A DNA stretch of 64,000 nucleotides, taken from NCBI GenBank assembly GCA_003427395.1, contig BFEA01000044.1, positions 1,761,974 through 1,825,973 on the forward strand. The letters run 5' to 3'. Shown here one piece after another: positions 49,436 through 60,621 of this stretch. Each line of letters opens with the position of its first letter. Position 1 is the first letter of the stretch. The notes under the pieces were generated by a model. It did not search any database. It worked only from the letters and a program-made list of their open reading frames with translations, and was not told where the DNA came from. Origin of the DNA: Chara braunii. Its lineage: Eukaryota; Plantae; Charophyceae. The translations under genes were made by a program, and so were the position numbers.

Positions 49436-51782
49436 TTTGGTTCACATTAGTTCACGACTCGTGACTAGGCCACCCCAAACGAGGGGCACACCCAGCCTCT
49501 GCCTTTTCTCCTTCGGAATAAAACATAGAACTGGAACCACGCAAACGAGAGTGGCCCGGGTCTGTTCAATAACAAAGAAAACAGGGATTCTCGACCACCC
49601 AAACGAGGGTCAGGCCCATCCTCAGTTGAGAAACCCCAAAGGAAACATACGACTGGACCATCCAAAAGACCTTTGTCCCTTTTTCCACCCTTCCCCCTTT
49701 CATCCTCTTTAACTTCACACAAATAAATTCATATTAAAATCCTGAAAATAAGTTCAAATAATAATAATAATAATAATCAAGTCATACTTCATGCAGAACA
49801 GAAGGTAGTACGGCTAGGGGAATACGGAAACACACGCGTAAAATTTCATTATGCCTGAGTGTTCCCTGCCTCTAGAACCCCGCATGGGTTCCGGCAGAGC
49901 TCCCGCAATGGGTGGGTAAAACTCCCACAGGACCTTCCTGCGGTCTTGTGGGTTGCAATCCCAAATGCCACCTTCCTCTCCTGAACAACAGACTAGACTT
50001 GGAATAAAAAGGATAGAGGAAGAAAGGTAAGTCTCTCAAGAAACAAGAATGACTCAACTCAAACTCGCGTGGGGAGGGCCTTGTTATATTCTAATCCCGA
50101 GGGTCCCGCAATGATGGCCAGTCAGAGAGGTCAACGCCAATGGACAGCAAGTGTTGCGTCAATCTCAAAACCTCAGCGGCCATAGAAACCCCCAACTTAC
50201 GGGGTCAATCAACCAGAATGATAAAAGGAATTCGAAGTCCAGCAATCCCCCGCAAGTTGGTAACAAAAGTGATTACCCCCAAGTCTTAGTAGCAGCATCA
50301 ACAACACCCAGTTGCAGCTCGTTGCTGCTGCAAACACCAGCAGCGCAATTTGAACACACAACAGTCCCAGAGTGATGCCAAAAAAATGTAATAACAGCAG
50401 TCCTCCAGATCAGCAGCAATCGAAGTCAAAGAGAATAGCAGTAGTGCCCCTGAAAATCGCAGTCTTCCCCTAAACAACTCTCCAACATCGACTCCGAGGC
50501 GGCAACAGCTTCAAGCGGGCTTCAGGCCCGCAATACCCACAATATCAGACTTTTCAGCAGCCCCAGTCAGAAGAAGCTGCGGGAGCCTCAGCCTAAAAAG
50601 AACAGCATACAGGTACGACTAAGCGGACCTGCAATTGTGCCAGTCTGAGGGACACAACTGCACCTTGTCCAAATAGCAGCACCTGATTCGAAACTATAAA
50701 AGTCTGCATATCACTGTAACTGTTACCTTGGATATGTGACAGAGTGGAACTCAGGCTAAGGTCGGCTCCATCGTGTGATCAGCACCATAAACACACACCA
50801 ACTTCTATACAGACCACGGCTCGCCTTGTTGTGATCAGCTAACGGCCTTCTCTAATCTGCACCTATCGGTTACTTCAACGGAACACATTTTCTCTACTAG
50901 CATGGATGGCCAAATGCCCTTACGAATCCACTCTCAACAGGTAAGTCTTCTATCACTTCTCCCCCGTTTCCCTTCTCTCACTTGTTTCTCCTCCTAACTT
51001 TCCCCAATAATCGCCTCGCCTCTCTTATTCACCTCTAGCCACGACTCTGGGCGAAAGACGAGTGGTAAGCACGACAACCCCGCTCCCGGGTATAGTGCCT
51101 TGTAGGTGAAGGAGAGGTCAATTCGGAAGTCATCTCGATTGTATGGGAGGAAACGTCTATGTGTGCGACGAAGGCAGCAGTGACCAAGTAGATATGGAGG
51201 TCACGCAGTCGATAGTCTCTCTCATCGAGGGGGATTTAACACGTCCGAAGAGAACAATGGGAATTGCATGACTAGAGGAGACGGGCAAAACTCGAAACGA
51301 ACGAACATAACCACAATCGTGACCTCCCTTCCACCACTCACCAAACATGCGAAATGAGGTTGAATCTTCCGCTAGAACATGGGAAGATACATGCACTAGA
51401 TGGGAATGAATCTTCCGCTTAAAACTGCGAAGATACATTCCCAGCAAAGCCACTTGCTACCATGCTCAATACTGGGCAAATCAAAAATGAATCTACCACT
51501 GAGTTATGGGCAGATGCATCGCACAATAGACATGACCACCATAATGGTCAAGGCAGCGCTTGGGATGACTAGCAGCGTTTGGATCTCGATGGCGACTCCA
51601 AGCAGTAGTGCAATCCCCACCAGCAGCAGCTCCCTGATGATGACCACGACAAACACAATGAGGAATACGACGTCCACGACGAACACCATGCGCAGCACCT
51701 CGTGATTACTTGTGTTGAAAACGACGACCACGATTGTCACAAAAGGCAACACAATAGCGATGAGTTACCCCCTTGATTTTCC

Positions 51783-51862
<80 letters not shown>

Positions 51863-54274
51863 CTCCACACGCACGCAGCACTCCTCCCGTGCTACTACCA
51901 GGTAAGTATCTCCTCTCCCTTCTCCTCTCCCAATCACACACTTATTCCTCTTTTGCGCCCACTACTTAATTCACCTATTGCACATAATAGGAATGTTGCA
52001 CATAATAGGAATAAACTAGGCAAACTCAAAAGTTGTAAAAAAAAACAGTTTTGGTGAATACTCGTGTATAGGACTATACGTCCTTCTCAAAAGTATATTG
52101 ACCAGTAAAGCAATTTTGAAGTTAACACTAGATCCCTTGTTAAAAAACATATAGCTATGTAAAATAATAACACAAACAACGTTTGCCTCGGAGGCATCTT
52201 TAAATTCTTTGTCAAATTGAAGTAAAAAGAAAAAAATCATTAAAAAAAAACTACCCACAAAAGGAAGAACCTGTTCGGGCGAAGGTAGTTGTGAATAAGA
52301 TAACATGTTAGTCTGTTCAGACCCCCCCCCGAACATGTCCATTGTGTACCGGGTACATGAGCTTCAATCAAAACGGGCACAGCAAGCAGGGCAGACAAGA
52401 GAAGCCCGATAATCGCTAGCCAGGTCCTGATAACAAATACGACCCTTCGCAAGACTGCCACGAGCAGCATTCCTATTCTATCACCAATTACCTCAATCCC
52501 GACAATTGCAACCACCACCATGATGGCACAGATGAGCACTACGTACACGATGATAGCGAAGAGTACTACGAACAAGATGATGAGCAAGACAGGCTCGACT
52601 TCCCAAATAAAGGCGAGCAGCAGTGACGATCACCTCGATAATCACGAGCAAACGACAACAACCACCAAGATGAAAACAAATCCGCTAATGTCCACGGCGA
52701 AGATACGCCTCCCCATGACATGCATGAAGGCAAGCACCACCAGGACCATGACGATGAAGAGCGCAACGATCAACGCAATCTCGTTGATGACTTGTGCTAT
52801 GGCCGCACAATGACAACCACCAGGAAGATGACCGTTAGGACGAGCAACACAGGCACTCCAGTGACGAAGAGGAGCAGCTCAATTACGATCGTGATGGTCT
52901 ACACCAGGATCCCGATGATGGCGATCACGATGATGATCGGGAGTATGCCACAACAGGCCATGCTCCGCTGCTCGTCAAGCGTGCAAAATGAGAATGAATC
53001 TTCCCCTAGAAGATGGGAAGATGCATCACAGTCTTGTGCAGCGAGCCGCACAACGTAGGTGAGCCCCCCTTCCTCTGATCTCAACTTCCATACCGCCTTC
53101 CCACTCGTTCTCGGTTGCGCAGCGTGCCGCCTTCAGTCACATGAATGCACCTGGCCTCTAAGCACAGCCAGGCTCGATCCAAGGAGAACATTAAATCGCC
53201 AAAGTTCAGGCCTCGAGCGTGACGAGGTCCGACTGCTATGACTATGGAGACTAAGATCACCACAACGATATCATCCACAGTCTGCTGATGAGCACGATGA
53301 ACACAAAATTAAACGCAACCGAGAGCATCAATGCCTACAGAAAAAATGGAGAGATCACATCCTCCTCGATTTATATGTGTCATTCTTACGCACGGGCCAT
53401 GCTCAACTCCTCTGCATCGTTCCAATTTTAACTGATGTCCCGAAGGACCAAGTCGAGGGTACGGCCCCGAGATATCATTATCAAATGACCGGTCCCAGGT
53501 AAATCGTAACCCCAGCACTTTACTCAACTGCTTCCAGCACACTTTGAACGCAGGCCCGTATTCCAATAGTCCATGGGTGTACCAACTGAGCTAGGCCCGT
53601 TGGCCCTATTGCCGGTTCCAAAACCGGTACCGGACCTGGATCCAAAAAAATGGGACATAAAGAAAAATAATAAATCATCATAAAATAATAAATAATAATA
53701 ATGAGAGGAGGGAAATAAAGGACGCACCTTCACGACTCGGTGGCAGAAGGCTCCGACCTTTACTTATGTCATCCCTTTTCCTATGCAATTCCTGCTAGGA
53801 TCATTGGCGGCTTCTACCGCCAACCAAAACACAATCAACCTAGGCACCCGAAACTCTCCACGGAACGCGAACTCACTCACCGTCTGAAATAGGTCAGTGG
53901 TAGCTACCTTCAACTGCGGTACTGACGGTCAGCCTTTGCATTGACTGTAACAATGTTGACTTCTATGCGCACGCACTGCGTGCGCGCAGCCATACTCAAG
54001 GGCTGACCTTTCCCCGGCCCGTATTGCTTTCAAACAATCGCTGGTCCCTGCTGCCTAAACGGGGCACTTCACACACATCTGAAGGATCAACGCACGTTCC
54101 AAAAGTGCACGCCCACACACTCTCTGACCTAATCATACGCACGCTCAAGGCTGCGGCTTCTGAGAGTCGGCTGTGGGCTGCACAAAAATGAATGTGCCAC
54201 TACACTACTGATGTGGCTCATGCGGGCCGTAAAAACATGGGCAAATACCCTTGTAAGGATATTTGCACCGACAA

Positions 54275-55085
54275 CACGCTAGTTGGTTACATGTGCGCTG
54301 CTCACGAGCATCAGAATCTTCTGTGAGCCTTCTAGGCTCTTCAACTTAAGACTTGGAAGCTGGCCTCTCGACCAATCAGGAAGCACGGGACATCTCACTG
54401 TGCGTGCGTTGGTTCCGCACCTAACTGCCGTGAGCCTACGCCACTGTCTGAATGGGCCTGGGGGCAGACACTTTGGCCCAAAGTGAAGCTACTGGGTGCG
54501 CGCGCGAGCCAGTATAGGTAGCCATTGTGCCTTGCCACTTTCCGTTTAGGAAAGCACCAGGCAACGGACGAGGCATTCGGGCACTTGCAAGTCTGGCGGC
54601 AGCACTGCTGCATCGTGAAGCATCGGCCACTGGGCGCTTGTGCAACAGAGCGCATGCGGGCGCAGGTAGTAGTGAGGGCGCTGCATGGTCCAGGGTATGG
54701 TGGGGGCCCTACGGAGGTGGAAGGTGTGGGTGGAGAGATGAGGGTGGAGCCTAGAGAGGGCGAGTGGGGAGGTGATGTGAGAGCAGGTACGTGGTCGTCA
54801 TGGAGGTCTGCATGACCGACATCTGAATGTGCTCTGGTTGCTGCTTCTGACATCAACTGGTTGCTTTGTCATTTGAATAGGCGTTCAGCGCCAGTAGAAG
54901 GAAAGAGTACTTTGTTGGTGTACATTGTTGATGGTGGCACGAGAGGGCTTTCACATTGAGTTCGCTGCTTTGGTTCTCCTTCGGTGTGATAACAGCGCAT
55001 TTCTGCTTTCTGGACAGCTTACGACTATCAATGTGATTTAGCAATTCGGAATTCCGTCATTTTGCTATCACTCATTTTCCTTGCA
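54275..55085 (+). repeat. Second copy of the 45266-46153 LTR (5' TG missing)
   Basis: Collinear along its length, same ...CATTTTCCTTGCA end; no shared TSD found. Confidence 0.8.
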
Positions 55086-55196
55086 CTTAAAAAAAAGCTT
55101 GGTAGCTCACAAGGCTCTTCGCCAATACAAAAAGTTCAATGTTTCAGTATTTGATGTTACAAAAAAAAAGGAAAGAGAGATGGAAAGTGTTCTCAC

Positions 55197-55346
55197 CTCC
55201 AAGACAGTGGTCATTTCAAACTCTGCTCCATCTGCAGACTCCCAAATTGCGGTCTTCGCATCAAACCCCGCCGTCGCCAGGTACCTGCCACAGGGGGACC
55301 ACTCGCATGCACGTATCGTCCGCTGGTGGGATTCGTCCAAAATGCA
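55197..55346 (-). CDS. CIA1: CIA1 coding exon 2 (50 codons)
   Basis: ttgcag| acceptor; [50 protein letters not shown]; GAG|GTGAGA donor; 150 nt, in phase with exons 1 and 3. Confidence 0.92.
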
Positions 55347-55537
55347 CTGCAATAAAACAACAGAACAAAATAACGGAATGGATAATGTTGGATTTTCTTT
55401 TTATTAAGCTTGTTTTGGACCAGTTCTTGAGATACGACTGGATGACACGAATGTTGGGTGTTTTCATAACTTTTCAGATATTATTACGGTATTACAAGAA
55501 TTTCCAGAAGCAGGAAAAGAAAAGAGAGACCCGCTCT

Positions 55538-56304
55538 GTCCTTCGGGACATCCGTTAAAATTGGAACGATACAGAGCACGGTTCCACTAGCAAAGGAGTA
55601 AGGTAAACTGTGTCCCACAAACACCTATGGGACATCTGCGGGACATGGTCTGACCACTGATGCAGGAGAATCCGCTGGCAGAGAAATTGCAATGGATTTA
55701 TATTCTGAAGTGGTGTTTCTTTTTTTTTTTGTGTGCTTTTTCTTTTCAGTTCCCAAGAATGGGAGGCGGAAAAGAAAATAGAAAGACTCATTTTGATTGG
55801 CAGCTCTTCAAAAAATCAAGTACTCAAAGGGCATGGTTCAATTGTAACCCCATCCAGTACTTGATTTGTCTCTCAAAATATATGAACTGCAGGCTTCAGC
55901 ATGGCAACTGTCAGAGAAGGGAGTCCCATCAGGCACACGAAGGGACTCCCTCGTGGTGGTACGCGGGACAGCAACAGTCACGTACCACTCTGTCTTGATT
56001 AGGCATTGGCTGGGTGGGGAGCAGGGGTAGGAGACGGGAGGGTTAGTGGGACGGCAGCACTTTCAAAAGTCTGCCTCCTTCCCATCTTGGGAAATGTGAC
56101 CTCCCCTTTTTTTTTTTTTTCAAGTCTTTAAAATTACTTTCTTCCTTTTCTTACAGTGCCGCACAGGTCCTAATAGGACCTGACTTGTGTGCTAGTGGAA
56201 CCGTGCCCACAGAGGAGATTTTTTTTGGCGGGGGGATACAAAGAAGATTAGCATGTCCCCTGAGCGCAAGGATGACACGCATAAATCGAGAAATGGTCCA
56301 AATT
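55538..56304 (+). pseudogene. U6: Full-length U6 snRNA pseudogene split by a MITE, in CIA1 intron 1 (antisense)
   Basis: 5' part GTCCTTCGGGACATCCGTTAAAATTGGAACGATACA (55538-55573); 3' part GATACAAAGAAGATTAGCATGTCCCCTGAGCGCAAGGATGACACGCATAAATCGAGAAATGGTCCAAATT (56235-56304); A-rich tail. Confidence 0.9.
55574..56208. mobile_element. PIF/Harbinger-like MITE, 635 bp, inside U6
   Basis: 19-bp TIR G(A/G)GCACGGTTCCACTAGCA with one mismatch; 3-bp TSD ACA. Confidence 0.85.
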
Positions 56305-58243
56305 AACAAAACGAAAAAAAAACACCCAAAAAAAAAAAACATAAAAAAAACCACCCGCTCCACTCAGCCCATTGCCTTACTTGGGGCGTACTCGCACTAC
56401 AACTTTTTCTACTGCTCTATGCACGTAATTGAGGCCCTATACATCCAGAACCAGCTGTAACTGCAGTCAGATACATCCAGGAAAGTGTTCGTGCTCGCAA
56501 ATGCGTGCTAGCAAATGCGTGCCAGCGCATTTGGTGGGTGGCAGGCAAATGGTATAACGGAGGCCTAAATTTTCAGACAATTTGTCATGCCATTTATAAT
56601 CAAAGTCAAGGGTCATTTTAACCAAACTTGCAACCAATTCATAGAGGGGAGACCACACTACCTGATTGCAAAAAATCAAAAAAAAAAAAAAAAAAAAGTA
56701 CAACAGCAAGGCAAAAGTGCACTTTCATGCAAATTCACCAACATTCCAATTTCAGAAATCTTAGGAAATTTCAGGGTGGGGATCCCTGTTAACCTGGGGG
56801 GAAAGGGGGAGCCGAAGGGGGAAGGGGCAGGGGGGAGAGGGGGAGAGGGAGAGGGGGAGAAGGTTAAACAAGCTGATTGCTACCTTTGCATTATGGATGT
56901 TCATGCTATATTGGCTGCTACCGTATTCACCCGAATGCAACGTACGGTCATTATAACTGTATTTTGGGATATCTTTCAGTCTAGATACACCAATAATGAC
57001 CATACGTTGTATTCGGGTGCAGAAGGTAGCAGATGAAGGACGGCTACGTCAGATGACAAGCCATATCCATTCCATAGCTGTATTTGGGGCAACTTTCAGT
57101 CTAAATACACAATAATGACCATACGCTGTATTCGGGTGAAGAAGGTAGCAGATGGAGGACAGCTACGTCAGTTGACGAGCCAGATCCATTGCACGTCCTA
57201 TCACCAGGATGTGATGTGATGTCCCGAAGGAAAGACTGCATGCTTTTTCACCTTTCACTACGAGTAGATTGATTGAACCTAGACTGCCCGGCGGATACAT
57301 CAACGGGTGGGACGCAGTGACCGCTAAATAATTAATTACGGTAAAAAAAAAATAGAATTAACCCAGCGAATGATTGCCATCGCCAACAGGATAGGATGAC
57401 ACCACACGGTAATTCTTCGTCCAATCAATGACATGATCTGGTCATTCTAGCTGATGTACTTGTGCAACTTCCATGCCATGATACAGACTGATTGAGCGGG
57501 CGCTGTGTTCAGAGGAAGAAGGTAGAGCTCGCTCAAACAGTACTAAGTCCACAGAACCATCTCTTCAGTTTTCTGACAACAGAAAAAAAAAAAAAAAAAA
57601 AAAAAAAAAGAGATGCAAAGGACAGGGAAGCATACTATCGTCTTCCCTCGAATGCAACTCACTCATGAACCATAAGATGCGGTGAAGATGACACTGTGTT
57701 GTGTTCGGGGAGAGAGACGCTACAGTAGAGCTGCCATCGAAAAACCAGGTACGGAGGTCGACGCCGCAAGAAGCTCGATCTTGCCGACGGAATGTTTCTG
57801 GCAAACTTTTTTCTTAAAAAAAGAGCTCACTTCTTGGTTTTTAATTATTGACAAAATTTCAAAGTGTTATTTACTGTATAATATTTTTATTTGTAAATCC
57901 TATATAAATACAAACAAGAAAAAAAATCGAGACCTTTATACTCGAGTTTTTTTCCATAGGTGAATGTTCTTCTTCCAGACCATGATTGATCAATTGGATT
58001 GCTTGATTGATTGATTGATCGATTGGATGGATTTGATTGATTGATTGATTAACTTGATTGATTGTTACCTGATTGATTGATGTGATCGTTTGTTACCTCA
58101 TTCATTCATTCATTCATTCATTCATTCATTCATTCATTCATTCATTCATTTTACCATCCCTTCGTGCAAAAACCCAATAGAGATCTCGACAGGTTTTTCA
58201 TTATTGACACGCGCAGCGCTTGATGAATTCGATCAAAGATTTA

Positions 58244-58399
58244 GGGCCTCGCATAACCACTCAGGAAAGTTCGTACATCTTCCTTCAGAACATGGCTAGA
58301 TTCACCCTTTACTATTCGTAGCAACGGATGTTTTTCGCCACCTACAGCGGAAAGATCCACTCGCAACTTTTTTTTCCCGTGAGTGGTGCGACGAGGCCC
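58244..58399. mobile_element. Tourist-like MITE, 156 bp
   Basis: TIR GGGCCTCG...ACCACTCA; TTA TSD on both sides. Confidence 0.8.
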
Positions 58400-58797
58400 T
58401 TAGTAAGTGCACATGTACGTAAAAGGCAAATATAAAAATACAAGAACACAGAATTACAAAAGTAGAAAAATACGCAAATAAGATAAAGAAAAGTAATATA
58501 TAGATAAAAACAAGAGATAATCAAATACATGTAAACTTGTGTGAAATATAAAATACGCATAAATCATACTGGATTCAGAAAATGCAAAGAAGAGTGCATA
58601 AGATACATCCGTTGCAAAAGGCAAGTACGATAAATATAGACAAATCTAGATTAAGAAGGAAAAAAAAAGGCATTATCTAATACTGGAATAATAGCCTGAA
58701 TAAGTATTATTTATATATACATATATAGATAAATGGTAAATATGAACCAGAGAACAAACAATGTAAATATGAAAACGCACACGAAAATGCAAGTATA

Positions 58798-58946
58798 GGG
58801 CCTCGCTCCACAGAACAACACTCTTCATGCATTTGGACGTCATCTGGACCCGATGCATTCAAAATGTTTTGACTCATCCGCATGCACCTGGTCCACAAAG
58901 CGTCCAAATGCATGTATAGTGTTCTTGTGTAGTGGAGCGAGGCCCC
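58798..58946. mobile_element. Tourist-like MITE, ~150 bp
   Basis: TIR GGGCCTCGCTCCAC / GTGGAGCGAGGCCC; TAA on the right flank. Confidence 0.75.
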
Positions 58947-60081
58947 TAAAGCTGAACGCAAACGCACTCACATGCTACTGATCTCTAGGCCGGTAACCTC
59001 CAGACCTCCTCTCTATCTCGATTGGGATACCGACCACTCCCATCATTCGACCGGATGTCAAAAGCCTACAATTACAACGGATAGATTCATAATTCCCATC
59101 ACCCCCAAAGAAATCAAAAAAACGTTTTTTTTGGGGAGGGGGTGTAATCGGAACATATTTATGTATCAGTTAAAATTGCGGGGTTTTCACGTACGGCCGA
59201 ATGATGGGACTGATCGGTATCCCAATCGAGAAAAGGGAGCAGGTCGAATGACGGGACTAATCGGTATCCCAATCGAGACAACGTGCACACATGATTAAAG
59301 ATGAATTAATTAGCCATAGGTAAGAATACAGATAACGCATATTTAAGTATAGATAAAGCGCGTTGATAAGAACAGACGAATATAGACAAATTATAAGGGA
59401 TTAATTAATTAGCCACACGTAAGAATACAGATATCGCAAGTGCAGCTTCCCACAAATAGAAAGGAGCAATCCTCACTCAACAAAAAAAAAAACAGAAAAG
59501 GAATACACAGAACGCAAACATAAGTGTAAAGATATAAACTGCGTACATACTAAGTGCAGAGAGGAATGAAAATAGATGAAGTGTATAGCTAAGTACACAC
59601 GAAGCGGATAGATAAGGCCAGATAACGTATAGACACTATGATGGATTAATTAATTAATGCAGATAGGTAAGAATATAGATAAAGTGTATAGACAAGTACA
59701 GATAAAGATAAAGCGCATAGATAAGAACAGATACCGTATAGACATCATTAATTAATTAGCAATAGGTACGAATACAGAAACGGCATAGATAAGAACAGAT
59801 GAGCCGTATATAGTTAGACATTATGCAAGATTAATGAATTACCCATAGATAAGAATAAAGATAACGAATAGATAAGTAGAGGTATTTATATACAGCGTAT
59901 AGATGAGAAGAGGTAACGTATAGATAGTAAGAGCATACTCGCACTCGGACTTTCCTGGATGTATATGGCCGCTTTTCCGACCCGGCACGGATGCACCCGA
60001 CCGTAATTACGTCCCCAGAGAATTGGAAAAAGGCCAAAGACAAGAAACACAGATAGTGAAACACCAGACTATATAGAGTAG

Positions 60082-60203
60082 GGGCATACTCGCATTAGCA
60101 ACTTTCTTGGATGAATCTGACTGCGATTACCGCCAGAGGTGGATGCATCTGACTCCAATCAAGTCCAGGGCTCAATAATACAAGCCCTAGTGTGAGTATG
60201 CCC
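60082..60203. mobile_element. Tourist-like MITE, 122 bp; related copies begin near 44793, 56384 and 59931
   Basis: TIR GGGCATACTCGCATTAG / CTAGTGTGAGTATGCCC; flanks TAG and TAA. Confidence 0.75.
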
Positions 60204-60276
60204 TAAGCAAGGAGAAGGGGGAAGGAAATTGGCTCCCTTTTTTTTGTCTCGAATGGAAAAGAAATGAGGTGATTAC

Positions 60277-60465
60277 CTTGCAAATCCAGTGGGGCTCTCG
60301 CTCGGTTCCATGATTAACCCATATGCGAACCGTTTTATCCCCGCCACAGGATGCCAGAGAAAGCCCGTCAGGGGACCAGGCAACATACCATACCCGGTCG
60401 GAATGCCCTTCCAGAACCTGCACCTCCTCCAGCCCAACCTCTCCATCCTCAAACGTAGTTGCCAT
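60277..60465 (-). CDS. CIA1: CIA1/CIAO1 WD40 cytosolic Fe-S assembly protein, coding exon 1 (63 codons)
   Basis: ATG at 60465; MATTFEDGEVGLEEVQVLEGHSDRVWYVAWSPDGLSLASCGGDKTVRIW...WICK is the first WD40 repeat of CIA1; ends at AAG|GTAATC donor, phase 0. Confidence 0.92.
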
Positions 60466-60490
60466 CGGTAAATCAAAACAACAAAACGAC

Positions 60491-60492
<2 letters not shown>

Positions 60493-60557
<65 letters not shown>

Positions 60558-60558
60558 N

Positions 60559-60614
<56 letters not shown>

Positions 60615-60621
60615 TGTGTGT
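60493..60621. repeat. (CT)n(GT)n microsatellite just upstream of the CIA1 ATG; others at ~26007-26134, 28808-29146, 43813-43867, 51787-51857, 63948-64000
   Basis: Directly visible. Confidence 0.95.

Noticed and set aside
51360-53300. Thr/Met-rich, Asp/His-rich or hydrophobic membrane-like ORFs
   Set aside because: They arise from low-complexity GAC/GAT/CAC repeats with frequent frame breaks; no family recognisable.
45266-55085. Intact full-length LTR retrotransposon
   Set aside because: RT truncated, no RNase H, integrase or PPT, LTRs diverged, no TSD.
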